Positions 8,960 to 18,481 of a DNA stretch of 32,000 nt are shown here, piece after piece. This DNA comes from an archaeon (GTDB taxonomy: Archaea > Iainarchaeota > Iainarchaeia > Iainarchaeales > CSSED10-239). The stretch spans positions 8,950 through 40,949 of the forward strand of contig JBBABY010000011.1 of NCBI GenBank assembly GCA_041657425.1, given 5' to 3'. Below the pieces are notes generated by a model. That model made no database searches and had not been told where the DNA came from. It was given only the letters and a program-made list of their open reading frames with translations. A program made the position numbers and the translations under genes. Position 1 is the stretch's first letter; each line of letters opens with the position of its first letter.

Positions 8960-10432
8960 ATGGGAAGACTAGAAGAATATCAAGAAAGTAGAAAGAATAA
9001 TTTTAATTATCTAAGTGAAAATGGAATAGATCCATATCCATATACTTACAACAGAACACATATTTCTAAGGATATTAAGGAAAAATATAAAGATTTAGAG
9101 ACAGATAAATACACAGAAGAAACTGCAAATGTTGCTGGAAGAATTCTTTCTTTAAGGTCTCTTGGTAAGATTGCCTTTATTGACCTACATGATACTTATG
9201 GTAAAATGCAAATTGTTGTTAAAGAGGAATCAATTTCTAAAGAGCAGTTTGCTTTATTTAATAAACTAGACAATGGAGACATTGTCGGGATTACTGGAAA
9301 GGTCTTTAAAACAAAAAGAGGAGAGCTTTCAATTGATGCAGAGAAGATTACTTTCTTATCAAAGTCCTTCCTTCCAATGCCTGAGAAATTTCACGGTATC
9401 CAAGATGATGAAATCAAATATAGACAAAGATATCTTGATTTAATGACTAGTCCTGAATCAAGGGAAATCTTCATGAAAAGAGCAAAGATTATTCAGATTA
9501 TTAGAAAAATACTAGACGATAAAGGATTTTTAGAAGTAGAAACTCCATTAATGCAACCACTTTACGGTGGAGCAAATGCTAGACCTTTCATAACTGAGAG
9601 CTTTGTGTGGAAGAGAAAGCTATATCTTTCTATTTCTCCAGAATTGTATTTAAAAAGACTACTTGTAAGTGGTTTTGACAAGGTATATACCATCTGTAAG
9701 AACTTTAGAAACGAAGGTATAGATAAAACTCATAATCCAGAGTTTACAATGCTTGAATGTTATGAATGTTATAAAGATTATAACTCAGCAATGGATTTAA
9801 TTGAAGAAATTTATGAAACTGTTGCTTTGAAGCTTTATGGAACAACAGTAATCACTTATCAAGAAAAAACCTTTGATTTCAAGAGACCATGGAAGAAATT
9901 AACAATGATTGGTGCTCTTAAGGAGATTGGCGGCGTTGACATCGAAAAGTTAAGTGATGATGACTTAAAGAATCTTCTAAGGGAAAATAAACTTGAAATT
10001 GAGACTTTCAAGAGAGGTCTTGCAATATCAGAGTTATTCGAACACTATTGCGAAGAACATCTTTTAGGTCCAGTTCATATAATTGACCATCCAAAAGAAA
10101 CAACACCTCTTTGTAAACTTCATAGAGATAACAAAGAATTGATTGAAAGAGACGAGCCATATGTTAATGGAACAGAAGCAGGAAATATTTACAGTGAATT
10201 AAATGATCCAATACTTCAAGAAAAGTTAATGTTTGACCAAGCAGATCAAGGAAGAGGAAAAGGAGAGAATCATCCAATAGACACAGACTTTATTGAATCC
10301 TTGAAGTACGGAATGCCTCCAGCTTATGGCCTTGGTCTTGGAATCGACAGACTTGTCATGGTCTTTACAAACAGTGCAAACATTAGAGAAGTAATTCTCT
10401 TTCCATTGTTAAAAGAAGAAGGGGAGCAGTAG
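8960..10432 (+). CDS. lysS: lysyl-tRNA synthetase, class II
   Basis: 490 aa. An N-terminal OB-fold region is followed by the class II motifs: YRQRYLDL, FRNEGIDKTHNPEFTMLECY (motif 2), YSELNDP, and GMPPAYGLGLGIDRLVM (motif 3). Confidence 0.95.
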   Translation: MGRLEEYQESRKNNFNYLSENGIDPYPYTYNRTHISKDIKEKYKDLETDKYTEETANVAGRILSLRSLGKIAFIDLHDTYGKMQIVVKEESISKEQFALFNKLDNGDIVGITGKVFKTKRGELSIDAEKITFLSKSFLPMPEKFHGIQDDEIKYRQRYLDLMTSPESREIFMKRAKIIQIIRKILDDKGFLEVETPLMQPLYGGANARPFITESFVWKRKLYLSISPELYLKRLLVSGFDKVYTICKNFRNEGIDKTHNPEFTMLECYECYKDYNSAMDLIEEIYETVALKLYGTTVITYQEKTFDFKRPWKKLTMIGALKEIGGVDIEKLSDDDLKNLLRENKLEIETFKRGLAISELFEHYCEEHLLGPVHIIDHPKETTPLCKLHRDNKELIERDEPYVNGTEAGNIYSELNDPILQEKLMFDQADQGRGKGENHPIDTDFIESLKYGMPPAYGLGLGIDRLVMVFTNSANIREVILFPLLKEEGEQ

Positions 10433-10528
10433 ATAACAAAAAAAGTAAGGTATTTAAATATATTAGATAACATATTTATTACATTATTTAATTAAATTAA
10501 AAGGGGAAAAGAAAAAAAGGGAATAATT

Positions 10529-10783
10529 ATGACGCAAAAATGTATAACTTGTGGAAGAATAATTGGCAATTTTGGAATATATTGTCCAAAATGTCAAGAA
10601 GAACTTGAAAAGAAAATAAATAAAAGAGAGAGATTTGAAGAAGTTTATAAAAGTGCAGATTTCTTTGAAAAAGCAAAATTACAAGAAACTAAAGATATGC
10701 TTAAAGAAAGACAAGCAAGACTAAGCAGACCAAGAGAACAAACATTAAAAACAATTTCTAAGAAACCAGTTTACAAAGAATAA
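10529..10783 (+). CDS. small zinc-ribbon protein with charged C-terminal tail
   Basis: 84 aa. CITCG..(10)..CPKC forms a CxxC-x10-CxxC knuckle pair at the N-terminus. GGGG/GGGA purine-rich element upstream. Confidence 0.55.
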   Translation: MTQKCITCGRIIGNFGIYCPKCQEELEKKINKRERFEEVYKSADFFEKAKLQETKDMLKERQARLSRPREQTLKTISKKPVYKE

Positions 10784-10795
10784 GTTTTAATTAAC

Positions 10796-10821
10796 TTATT
10801 TTCTTTTTTTTAATTTTTTTA
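10796..10821. terminator. oligo-T tracts between convergent genes (archaeal-type terminator candidate)
   Basis: T8 (10804-10811) and T7 (10814-10820) lie just after the stop of 10529..10783, in the gap before the convergent gene 10898..11530. Confidence 0.35.
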
Positions 10822-10897
10822 AAACGCCACAATCTTCAGTAGGGTTTATACTTCTGTCCAATAAATGATGTAAATATTAAATATGAAAGCAAAGAAA

Positions 10898-11530
10898 TTA
10901 CTTCGCTTTTGATATAGATCTAAAAGGTTTAGGACGATTAGTTTTAATATTTGAATTTTTAATTTTTTTAATTCTCTCATTTAATTTTTTTAATTCTAAT
11001 ATCGCGTCTTTTTTATTTTTAGATAAATAATACAATCTTATTTCTGTTTGAAGTTTAGAAACATCTATTTTAAATGTTTTATAAAATTCATTAGGATCTA
11101 TTCCTAATTCTTTTAATTTATGCTCATAATTAAGTTGATCATAAGATATTGTTATTTGCTCTGCTGTTAAAGGATATACCTCTTTTATTGCATTTTCTAT
11201 TTTTATACCAGACTTTTTTAAGGCCAATAATTCTATAAATTTTTCTCCAATTAATTCGAAACCAACGTTTTTTTGATTTCCTTCAGAACGTAAATGCACA
11301 GAATGTAATGTTCCCATTTTTTTAAAAATAGCACTTATTGTTTTCATTATTTCTTTTGTAACATTTAGATATGCAATTTTATTTTCTTTTAATTTCGTAT
11401 TTATTAATATAGATTGAATTCTATAATATCTTTCATTAAGTGCTTTTAATTCTTTATAATCAAATCCTGCGTCTTCTAGTTGTCTTATAGATTTTTTTCT
11501 TTCTAAATCAATTGTATTCATATAATTCAC
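10898..11530 (-). CDS. hypothetical protein
   Basis: 210-aa ORF, K/E-rich, helical-looking, with no motif recognised. Confidence 0.55.
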   Translation of the reverse strand: MNYMNTIDLERKKSIRQLEDAGFDYKELKALNERYYRIQSILINTKLKENKIAYLNVTKEIMKTISAIFKKMGTLHSVHLRSEGNQKNVGFELIGEKFIELLALKKSGIKIENAIKEVYPLTAEQITISYDQLNYEHKLKELGIDPNEFYKTFKIDVSKLQTEIRLYYLSKNKKDAILELKKLNERIKKIKNSNIKTNRPKPFRSISKAK

Positions 11531-11624
11531 CCTATTAAATAATTATAAAATAAATAATAATTAAACAAACATATTTAAAAAGATTACTAAAATAAAGAAA
11601 TTGTAGAATTGAACTAAATCTATT

Positions 11625-12254
11625 CTAATTTAATTGACTATCCAAGGCTGCTTTAACTTCATCAATTGTCTTTTCTGTACCACATGATCTTAGTATTTCT
11701 TTTCCAGTCTTGTCAAGAACAACATAAGCTGGAACATATCCACAATCTCCCATAATGGCATCATAGTCAAGATTTGGATTATATCCTTGTGCTATTTCAG
11801 TTACAGGAAATACTTTGCCGTCTTTTCCATCAATTACATTTATCCAAATGTTTGCTTTAGTGGAGTAATTATCCCAAATCTCAGTTTCAAGTTCTGGAAC
11901 AAGAATTTTACAATGTCCACAATAAGTTCCTGCAAATACAATAAATGATGGTTTTTTTGTTGCATAAAAGTCTTCAAGTGTAGAGCTTGCATTAATGGTA
12001 TTGTTTGTAATTATTTCTGAATTGTTGTTTGTGGTGCCCGCATTATTTGTTGTAGTAATTTGGCTTTCAGTTTCAGTTATTTCGTTATTAGTTGAATTAT
12101 TTTTGTCTTTATTTACTAAAACAGCCACCAATATAATTAATATTATAATCACAACTGCAATTAATAAATATAAATTCTTTTTTTTAGGAGATAGTTTAAT
12201 GGGACTATCTTCAAATAATTTTTTCTGTATCTTTTTAGATTTTTTTATACTCAT
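11625..12254 (-). CDS. membrane-anchored thioredoxin-fold thiol:disulfide oxidoreductase (CGHC active site)
   Basis: 209 aa. An N-terminal TM helix (LYLLIAVVIIILIILVAVLV) is followed by an N/T-rich linker and a Trx-like core FVFAGTYCGHCKILVPELE. Its ATG overlaps the stop of the upstream decarboxylase gene (ATGA at 12251-12254). Confidence 0.8.
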   Translation of the reverse strand: MSIKKSKKIQKKLFEDSPIKLSPKKKNLYLLIAVVIIILIILVAVLVNKDKNNSTNNEITETESQITTTNNAGTTNNNSEIITNNTINASSTLEDFYATKKPSFIVFAGTYCGHCKILVPELETEIWDNYSTKANIWINVIDGKDGKVFPVTEIAQGYNPNLDYDAIMGDCGYVPAYVVLDKTGKEILRSCGTEKTIDEVKAALDSQLN

Positions 12255-13477
12255 TTCTTTTCTGTCTCCGTGTGCTTGTAGTTTCTTTTCATGATATAAA
12301 CTTGTAATGGTGGAAATCCATTAAAGTAAATAGAAGAATAGCTCTTAGTATATGCTCCTGTTGAAAGGATATATAGTCTGTCTCCTTCTCTTACACTCTT
12401 AGGTATTAGATACTTATGTTTTTCATAAAGTATATCCATAGAATCACAAGTCGGTCCTGCAATTATCATTTCTTTACAGTCTTTTTCCTTTGGTGGTTTC
12501 TTATAGTTTTCAGTAAATATTGGATACTTAATAGATTCATCAAGAGTTTCAATTAATCCCCCAAATTTACCAATATCTAAATACATCCATTCATACTGAT
12601 TAGATAATGACTTCTTAGAAATCATTACAACTTCAGTAACAATAACTCCTGCATCAGCTACAATTGAACGTCCTGGTTCAATTATTATTTCCATATTTTC
12701 AGAAAAATTTTCTCCAAAGTCTTCCTCTAAGAATCTAGTTATTTCTTTAGCATATGTTTCTAGATTATGTGTAGGGCTTATGTAATTGGCAGGAAATCCT
12801 CCTCCCATATTTATTAATTTTAATTCTATTCCTTCTTCTCTAGCTGCATCAAACAAATATCTACACTGTGCAATTGCTTGATCCCATTGTCCAATATCTC
12901 TTTGTTGAGAACCAACATGGAAAGATACTCCGTAAGGGATTAATCCTAATTTCTTTGATTCAAAAATTAAATGATAAATCATGTCTGGGTGTGCACCAAA
13001 CTTTTTAGAAAGTGGCCAATCAGCTGATCCACCTTCCATAATTATTCTAAAGAATACTTTTACTCCAGGAGCTGCTCTTGCAATCTTTTTAACATCACTA
13101 ATAGAGTCTGTTGCAAATATTCTTATTCCTTTTTTATAGGCATAAGCTATATCTTCTTCTTTCTTAATGGTATTACCAAAAGAAATCTTATCAGGAGACA
13201 CCTTTAATTTTAATAGCTGATCTAATTCAAAAACAGTGGCAACATCAAAGTTAGATCCTTTTTTTGCAAGCATCTTAATAATGTCATCTTCTGGATTAGC
13301 TTTAACTGCATAATATAATTTTGCATAAGGAATATTACCCATTAACTCATCAAATTTTTCTTCAATTTTTTTAAGATCAATAATAAGAAATGGAGTTTTT
13401 TTACCCTTCGCAAATCTTTTAATTCTTGCAAATTCCTTTTTCGATAGATATTCAAAAAGGCCTCTATTTGAAAACAT
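12251..13477 (-). CDS. PLP-dependent Orn/DAP/Arg decarboxylase family 2 enzyme, most like ornithine decarboxylase
   Basis: 408 aa with YAVKANP (PLP lysine), NMGGGFP, EPGRSIVA and GPTCDSMD motifs in the canonical order. Confidence 0.88.
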   Translation of the reverse strand: MFSNRGLFEYLSKKEFARIKRFAKGKKTPFLIIDLKKIEEKFDELMGNIPYAKLYYAVKANPEDDIIKMLAKKGSNFDVATVFELDQLLKLKVSPDKISFGNTIKKEEDIAYAYKKGIRIFATDSISDVKKIARAAPGVKVFFRIIMEGGSADWPLSKKFGAHPDMIYHLIFESKKLGLIPYGVSFHVGSQQRDIGQWDQAIAQCRYLFDAAREEGIELKLINMGGGFPANYISPTHNLETYAKEITRFLEEDFGENFSENMEIIIEPGRSIVADAGVIVTEVVMISKKSLSNQYEWMYLDIGKFGGLIETLDESIKYPIFTENYKKPPKEKDCKEMIIAGPTCDSMDILYEKHKYLIPKSVREGDRLYILSTGAYTKSYSSIYFNGFPPLQVYIMKRNYKHTETEKK

Positions 13478-13525
13478 GTTTAATCTATAATCTCCTTTTA
13501 TTTTTGTATTGCTTTTAATTTAGTT

Positions 13526-14203
13526 TTATTGAAAATGAAAATTATCTTCTTTTTTTTGTTTTGCATCTGTTATTGTTTTACCAACAAGAGAACCTAATAT
13601 AATTCCTGCAAGTAGAGAATAAGCTTTAATATCTGCCAATTTAGATTGAATTTCTTTTAATTTCTCTTTAGGAATATAACTTAATTCGTTTTTTATTTGT
13701 TCTATTTCTTTTTTAGAAAAAATGGTACTTAATTTATCTAAAGGCAAAGATAAAAGATATCTTTTATAGTCTAAAACTCCAATTCTTTGTTCTATAGTTT
13801 TTCTTAATTTGGGATTGTTTTTTATTTCTGTATTAATTTTCCTAATTCGTAATTGTATAATATCATTAATATTTTTTCTTTGAGTTTCTGGAAGTATATC
13901 ATTAATTTGTCTTAATTTTACAACTCCAAGATTTACTCTTTTTATTTTTTCGTCAGCTATAATCATTTTGTCTTCTTCTAGAAAATAAAAGTTGCCTATA
14001 TTAGTATTTTTATTTAATTCTTTAATTTCAGCAATATTAGAAACAATATCTACAGTTGCTTCTGAATTTTTAAAACTTTTATCTATAGCTTTTTTACTAA
14101 AATGATTATCTATTGCCTTTTGTGTTCCAAAGCCAGAAATTGTAGCTACGCCAATAATTGCAGTATTCTGTATTGTTCTCTTTAACTTTGGTTTTAAAGG
14201 CAT
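13526..14203 (-). CDS. hypothetical membrane-associated protein
   Basis: Track ORF 13526..14302 would overlap the upstream gene by 85 nt. Met34 (14203) gives a 225-aa product, MPLKPKLKR.., starting 14 nt after that gene's stop. Hydrophobic segments occur near both termini. Confidence 0.5.
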   Translation of the reverse strand: MPLKPKLKRTIQNTAIIGVATISGFGTQKAIDNHFSKKAIDKSFKNSEATVDIVSNIAEIKELNKNTNIGNFYFLEEDKMIIADEKIKRVNLGVVKLRQINDILPETQRKNINDIIQLRIRKINTEIKNNPKLRKTIEQRIGVLDYKRYLLSLPLDKLSTIFSKKEIEQIKNELSYIPKEKLKEIQSKLADIKAYSLLAGIILGSLVGKTITDAKQKKEDNFHFQ

Positions 14204-14217
14204 AAGAAAAACCAGTT

Positions 14218-14550
14218 TTATTTTTGTGATTTCTTTAAGAATGCTTTTGCAAGTAAATAACTGATACCCCATAATATAAGTGTTGTAGGAATAACTACCC
14301 ATAAATATTTAGACCCTAATATTGAGAATACAAATACAATCAATACAGATATAAACAGAACACAGAATATTAAAAATATAATTAAAGAATAATATTCCCA
14401 ATATGTTTTATTATTTTTCTTATGTTCAATAACTGGAGTTTTATTTTTTTCGGCAATCTTGGATTTTATTTTTGGGTTATTAATTTTTGTTTTATTTTTT
14501 ATAGCTTTCATTTTTTTTTTCTTTTTTTCAACCATTTTTTTCCGCCTCAT
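14218..14550 (-). CDS. small membrane protein with a lysine-rich N-terminus
   Basis: 110 aa with a K-rich head and then 2-3 hydrophobic helices. Its ATG overlaps the stop of the DUF1003-like gene (ATGA at 14547-14550). Confidence 0.5.
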   Translation of the reverse strand: MRRKKMVEKKKKKMKAIKNKTKINNPKIKSKIAEKNKTPVIEHKKNNKTYWEYYSLIIFLIFCVLFISVLIVFVFSILGSKYLWVVIPTTLILWGISYLLAKAFLKKSQK

Positions 14551-15266
14551 TTTTTATTTTTTTTAATAGTTTTCTTTAATGTTTCTTTTTCATTTTCTTC
14601 CATTAAATCTAATTGTAATCTCTGGATATCAAGTAATCTTTGCCATTGGTGTTGTACTAAATTATCCATTTTTTCATGTAAGTTTCTAATCTCAAGTTCT
14701 GCTTTAAGATTTATCTTGTAATCATTTTCTGCTCTCTTTCTATCTTTTTGTTCTTTTCTGTTCTGGCTCATCATAATTATTGGTGCTTGAATTGCAGCAA
14801 TACATGATAATATTAAATTAAGTAAAATAAAAGGGTAAGGATCATATGGCGCTTTCAATAAAAAAACAGCACTATTAATAACAATCCAAATAACTAAGAA
14901 AATTCCAAACATTATAATAAATGTCCAAGATCCACCGAATTCTGCAACTTTGTCTGCCATCTTTTGTCCAACAGATCTTGATTCTTTATCTTTTGTAATA
15001 TTTTTTACAATTGATTCATGATCTACAAGACTCTTTAAAACATCTTTATCTAATTTGTCTAATTCTCCTTTTTCTTTTAGTAATATGTCTTCTATATATT
15101 CTTTTCTATATCTTTTTAATTCTTCTTTAGTAATATATCCATCTTCTATAATCTTAGGGTCTTTTTCTCTAATTATAGATAATATCTCTGGTCTAATTGT
15201 ATCTATTGGAACTTCACCAACTAGTTTTACACTAGATGGAATTATTTCTGTTTTTTTAGTGTCCAT
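14547..15266 (-). CDS. DUF1003-family membrane protein
   Basis: 239 aa. GGSWTFIIMFGIFLVIWIVINS ... PYDPYPFILLNLILSCIAAIQAPIIMMSQNRKEQKDRKRAENDYKINLKAELEI matches my memory of the DUF1003 core. Confidence 0.75.
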   Translation of the reverse strand: MDTKKTEIIPSSVKLVGEVPIDTIRPEILSIIREKDPKIIEDGYITKEELKRYRKEYIEDILLKEKGELDKLDKDVLKSLVDHESIVKNITKDKESRSVGQKMADKVAEFGGSWTFIIMFGIFLVIWIVINSAVFLLKAPYDPYPFILLNLILSCIAAIQAPIIMMSQNRKEQKDRKRAENDYKINLKAELEIRNLHEKMDNLVQHQWQRLLDIQRLQLDLMEENEKETLKKTIKKNKK

Positions 15267-15279
15267 ATTTTTCTTAAGT

Positions 15280-15522
15280 TTAATGTTGTGGCTTAGAAAA
15301 TTTAATTAATACGCAGATTGTAGCTAAGACAACTAATCCGTTTATTATTGCTCCTTCAATTTGTCCTGCCTTATATCCATCGAAGATAAGAAAAATAACC
15401 CCAAGCATATATGTTATAATAAAACTGGTAGATATTTCTCTTCTTTTGTTCATTGTAAAGAACTGGATTACCCAAGCTATAAAAACAATTGATAAACCAA
15501 TTAACGCATAATTTATTACCAT
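15280..15522 (-). CDS. small membrane protein
   Basis: 80-aa ORF with three hydrophobic helices; no motif recognised. Confidence 0.45.
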   Translation of the reverse strand: MVINYALIGLSIVFIAWVIQFFTMNKRREISTSFIITYMLGVIFLIFDGYKAGQIEGAIINGLVVLATICVLIKFSKPQH

Positions 15523-15534
15523 TTTTTTCCACCT

Positions 15535-15687
15535 TTATTTTCTTATAAAATTATCACAACCGCCTTTTGCGACTACGTCTCTACCAACGCAAGTGCCTTT
15601 TGCTTTATTAGTAGCAGCTCTTCTGAATCTTTTACAATCAGAGCAATTTTCTCCTCTTATTCCTTCACTCCAATATCCTGGAAACAT
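15535..15687 (-). CDS. small four-cysteine protein (50 aa)
   Basis: Internal Met54 of track ORF 15535..15846 is preceded by GGAGG 7 nt upstream. The product is MFPGYWSEGIRGENCSDCKRFRRAATNKAKGTCVGRDVVAKGGCDNFIRK. The longer version is I/L/F-rich junk that overlaps the upstream gene. Confidence 0.5.
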   Translation of the reverse strand: MFPGYWSEGIRGENCSDCKRFRRAATNKAKGTCVGRDVVAKGGCDNFIRK

Positions 15688-15799
15688 AATTATTCCTCCA
15701 TTAAATATAATTATTAAAAATATTATTTTATCTATTAAATATAGATATATTATGTTTATATATCTTTTGTTTAAAAAAATTAGAAAAAGAAGAAAGAAA

Positions 15800-16663
15800 T
15801 TATTCTTTCTTTTCTGAGAATGAATTTTGAACAATATTTTGATCAAAACCTAATGGAACGGTTCCTGTATTTCCATACACATATAATGCAGTATTATATA
15901 CATTATTTGCTACAGAAAAGAAAGAAATTATTGCCATAAAGTAAATAACCATTATTACTATAAACACTAATAAGACAATTGTCCCTAATGTTGAAAGTAA
16001 TATTATTCCAAGTATTGTTGCGATTATTCCCAATAATATGAACAGAAAAGCCATTAATCCAACTCCAACTTGCTTAATTAAAGTTTCTCCCCAAGTTTTC
16101 TTTAAAGTTTCAACTGATCTAGAAATTGCTTTAAATGGGCCAACTTTCTCATATACCATAACTGGAACAACAAATAAAGTCATAATACTCCATACTCCTC
16201 CAATAATTGAAGTAAGTACTTTAATTATAATTTCGCCAATTCCTCCAATTCTTTCTGCAACTTCATCTAATATTCTTAGAATTAGTCCTACTGTTGCAGA
16301 GATAAGACTCCAAGCTAATATTATTCCAATTCTTGAGAATGCAAATTTCATTGCATCTCCAAAACTTACTTTTTTGTTATCAAGTGTATTTTTAATAATA
16401 TAAACCACACCAACATTAAAGAAAGTTGCAATAAATGCAAGTCCAAAATATATTCCAAAAACAATTATCCAATTTATTCCTTCAGCTAATCCTTGATTGC
16501 TAGTTAAACTTGGTAATATAATTGATGGAAATACCATTGCTAGAACAAACAATATAGAAAAGATTCCAGAAATTATTGGAAATAAAAACAATCTTTTGTC
16601 TTTATTCATAATATTAAAGCAAAGTTTAGTTATTTGCCAAGATCTATTAAATGCATCAAACAT
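15800..16663 (-). CDS. polytopic membrane protein, function unknown
   Basis: 287-aa ORF with ~6 hydrophobic helices. Antisense ORFs 16038..16403 and 16497..16703 are shadows. Confidence 0.65.
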   Translation of the reverse strand: MFDAFNRSWQITKLCFNIMNKDKRLFLFPIISGIFSILFVLAMVFPSIILPSLTSNQGLAEGINWIIVFGIYFGLAFIATFFNVGVVYIIKNTLDNKKVSFGDAMKFAFSRIGIILAWSLISATVGLILRILDEVAERIGGIGEIIIKVLTSIIGGVWSIMTLFVVPVMVYEKVGPFKAISRSVETLKKTWGETLIKQVGVGLMAFLFILLGIIATILGIILLSTLGTIVLLVFIVIMVIYFMAIISFFSVANNVYNTALYVYGNTGTVPLGFDQNIVQNSFSEKKE

Positions 16664-16758
16664 GTTTTGTACCTCTTTTTTAAAAATCGATTTTTTAATA
16701 TAAATATAGAAGAAAAATATTTAAAAACGATTAGGATTCTCCTATTAAAGATTAAATT

Positions 16759-17112
16759 CTATTTCTGGTCTTTTTTTGTCATTTTCGTAATCCTTAATGT
16801 TACCCATACGGCAATAACAGTAACTAAAACTGAATAAGTTATCATTGCCCAAACAGTTTCTGCTTTTCCAAAGAGAGACTGAAATATTGCTTTTATAGTA
16901 TCATTCCAGGCAAGTGCCGCAACAAGTCCAAAGGCTGCAGTAATTAAAGTGATTAATTTTTCTGAAACTTCTTTTTTTATTACTTCTTGTTCTTCTTTTA
17001 ATTTCGCATTATGTTTTTTAAGTTTAGATATAATTTTTTTATCTATGTTTAATTTTTCAATAATCTTCTTATCGATTATTTTAATATTGTTTATTTCTTT
17101 TTTTTTAACCAT
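16759..17112 (-). CDS. small membrane protein with a charged coiled N-terminus
   Basis: 117 aa. A K/E-rich N-terminal half is followed by LITLITAAFGLVAALAWNDTIKAIF and a second TM helix. Confidence 0.6.
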   Translation of the reverse strand: MVKKKEINNIKIIDKKIIEKLNIDKKIISKLKKHNAKLKEEQEVIKKEVSEKLITLITAAFGLVAALAWNDTIKAIFQSLFGKAETVWAMITYSVLVTVIAVWVTLRITKMTKKDQK

Positions 17113-17189
17113 TGTTTATCACGAATTTAAATATAGTTATTAAGATTTAATTCAAATAGTTTAAAAAGTTTTCTTTAATCCTATTCTAT

Positions 17190-17903
17190 ATGATTCCACT
17201 ACATAAGGAATTCCCTAATTTAAGATATCAAAAGATTACTTGGGAGAATATAGATGATTTAACTCCTGAATTAATTAAAAGATTACGGAAAATAGGATCA
17301 TTTGGATATGATAAAGATTTTTGGAAAAATAGAACCGTTACAAACAACAATAAAATTATTATTTATTTAATTAAAGACGGGTCTTCAGTTTTAGGGTTTA
17401 TAACTGGAGAATTATATTCTTTATCTGATCATTATATTGATTTAAAATTTGAAAGATTTGTTAACAAAGAATTAAACGGCAAAGATTTAACAACCCAAGA
17501 AATAGAAAATTTTTATAATAAAAATCGCGTAAAAACTAAAAGTAATATATTTCAAATTAATGAATTTGCAATAGATGAAAATCATCAAAAGAAAGATTTA
17601 GGTACAATATTAATGGCAAGAGTAGTTGCTGATCAAAGAGCTAAATATAAGTCCAAATTTGTTATAATGTATCCTTTAGAAAATACTAAAAAAGTAAATA
17701 AAAGAGTGGTTGGAAATTCTCCGATTCTTGTAAAAATTTTTAAAACTAATAAAGAAAACCTATCTGAAATAAAACAAGTATTTAGGAATTTTAACAAATC
17801 TCATTTTAGATATATTTTAAAAAGACAGGATACTAATGAAATGATAGTGATTACTAAAAATCCAAATTATAAAAAAAGAGAAATAAGAAGTAAAGTAAAA
17901 TAA
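17190..17903 (+). CDS. possible GNAT-family N-acetyltransferase
   Basis: 237 aa. INEFAIDENHQKKDLGTILMARVV resembles GNAT motif A (beta4-alpha3, Q/R-x-x-G-x-G/A). The assignment is tentative. Confidence 0.5.
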   Translation: MIPLHKEFPNLRYQKITWENIDDLTPELIKRLRKIGSFGYDKDFWKNRTVTNNNKIIIYLIKDGSSVLGFITGELYSLSDHYIDLKFERFVNKELNGKDLTTQEIENFYNKNRVKTKSNIFQINEFAIDENHQKKDLGTILMARVVADQRAKYKSKFVIMYPLENTKKVNKRVVGNSPILVKIFKTNKENLSEIKQVFRNFNKSHFRYILKRQDTNEMIVITKNPNYKKREIRSKVK

Positions 17904-17906
17904 GGC

Positions 17907-18479
17907 TTATTTCTTTTGCTTAGTTTTCTTTAGGATTATATTATATATTAGTAAAACAAATAATATTTCTACAGTTGTTACTATAGGGAATAATGATTGT
18001 TTCAATATAGAGTATGCTCCGATAGTTCCAGCGATCATTGATATTAATGATCCTGTTATTATTGCATAATAGATTAGTTTTTCTTTAAAATTAATATTAA
18101 CAACAATTAAAGCCACAAGTAAAGAAAATATAATTCTAAACCAACTTGCTTTTTTTTCATAAGCTTGTCTTTGTGTTTCTAATGCCTGATAACAAAAATC
18201 ACACTTAGTGGTACAATCTGTATTATAAATTAAATTTCCACCCTGACTTGAACAAACATTTATTTCTGTTTGTGAATAGTTACAGTCTTGTGTAACTGGT
18301 GTCACAATAGGAATTGTCTTTCCATTATATCCCACATTACAAACATCATAATCTGGTTCTGTCATAAAAATTTTGTTAAAGTTAAAAACAGAAGTAATTA
18401 CAAGAGTTGCAATAATTACAAAAACTGCAACATCAAGTACTTTTGATTTAAGGTCTTTTGTTTCTTTTGCTTTAACCAT
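17907..18479 (-). CDS. membrane protein with a Cys-rich extracytoplasmic domain
   Basis: 190 aa. An N-terminal TM helix is followed by a domain with 8 Cys and then 3 C-terminal TM helices. It starts 2 nt after the helicase stop, so it is probably in the same operon. Confidence 0.55.
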   Translation of the reverse strand: MVKAKETKDLKSKVLDVAVFVIIATLVITSVFNFNKIFMTEPDYDVCNVGYNGKTIPIVTPVTQDCNYSQTEINVCSSQGGNLIYNTDCTTKCDFCYQALETQRQAYEKKASWFRIIFSLLVALIVVNINFKEKLIYYAIITGSLISMIAGTIGAYSILKQSLFPIVTTVEILFVLLIYNIILKKTKQKK

Positions 18480-18481
18480 AA

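Noticed and set aside
15688-15846. Long version of ORF 15535..15846 (103 aa)
   Set aside because: The first 53 residues are I/L/F/K-rich translation of an AT-rich intergenic region and overlap gene 15800..16663. A GGAGG site precedes the internal Met.
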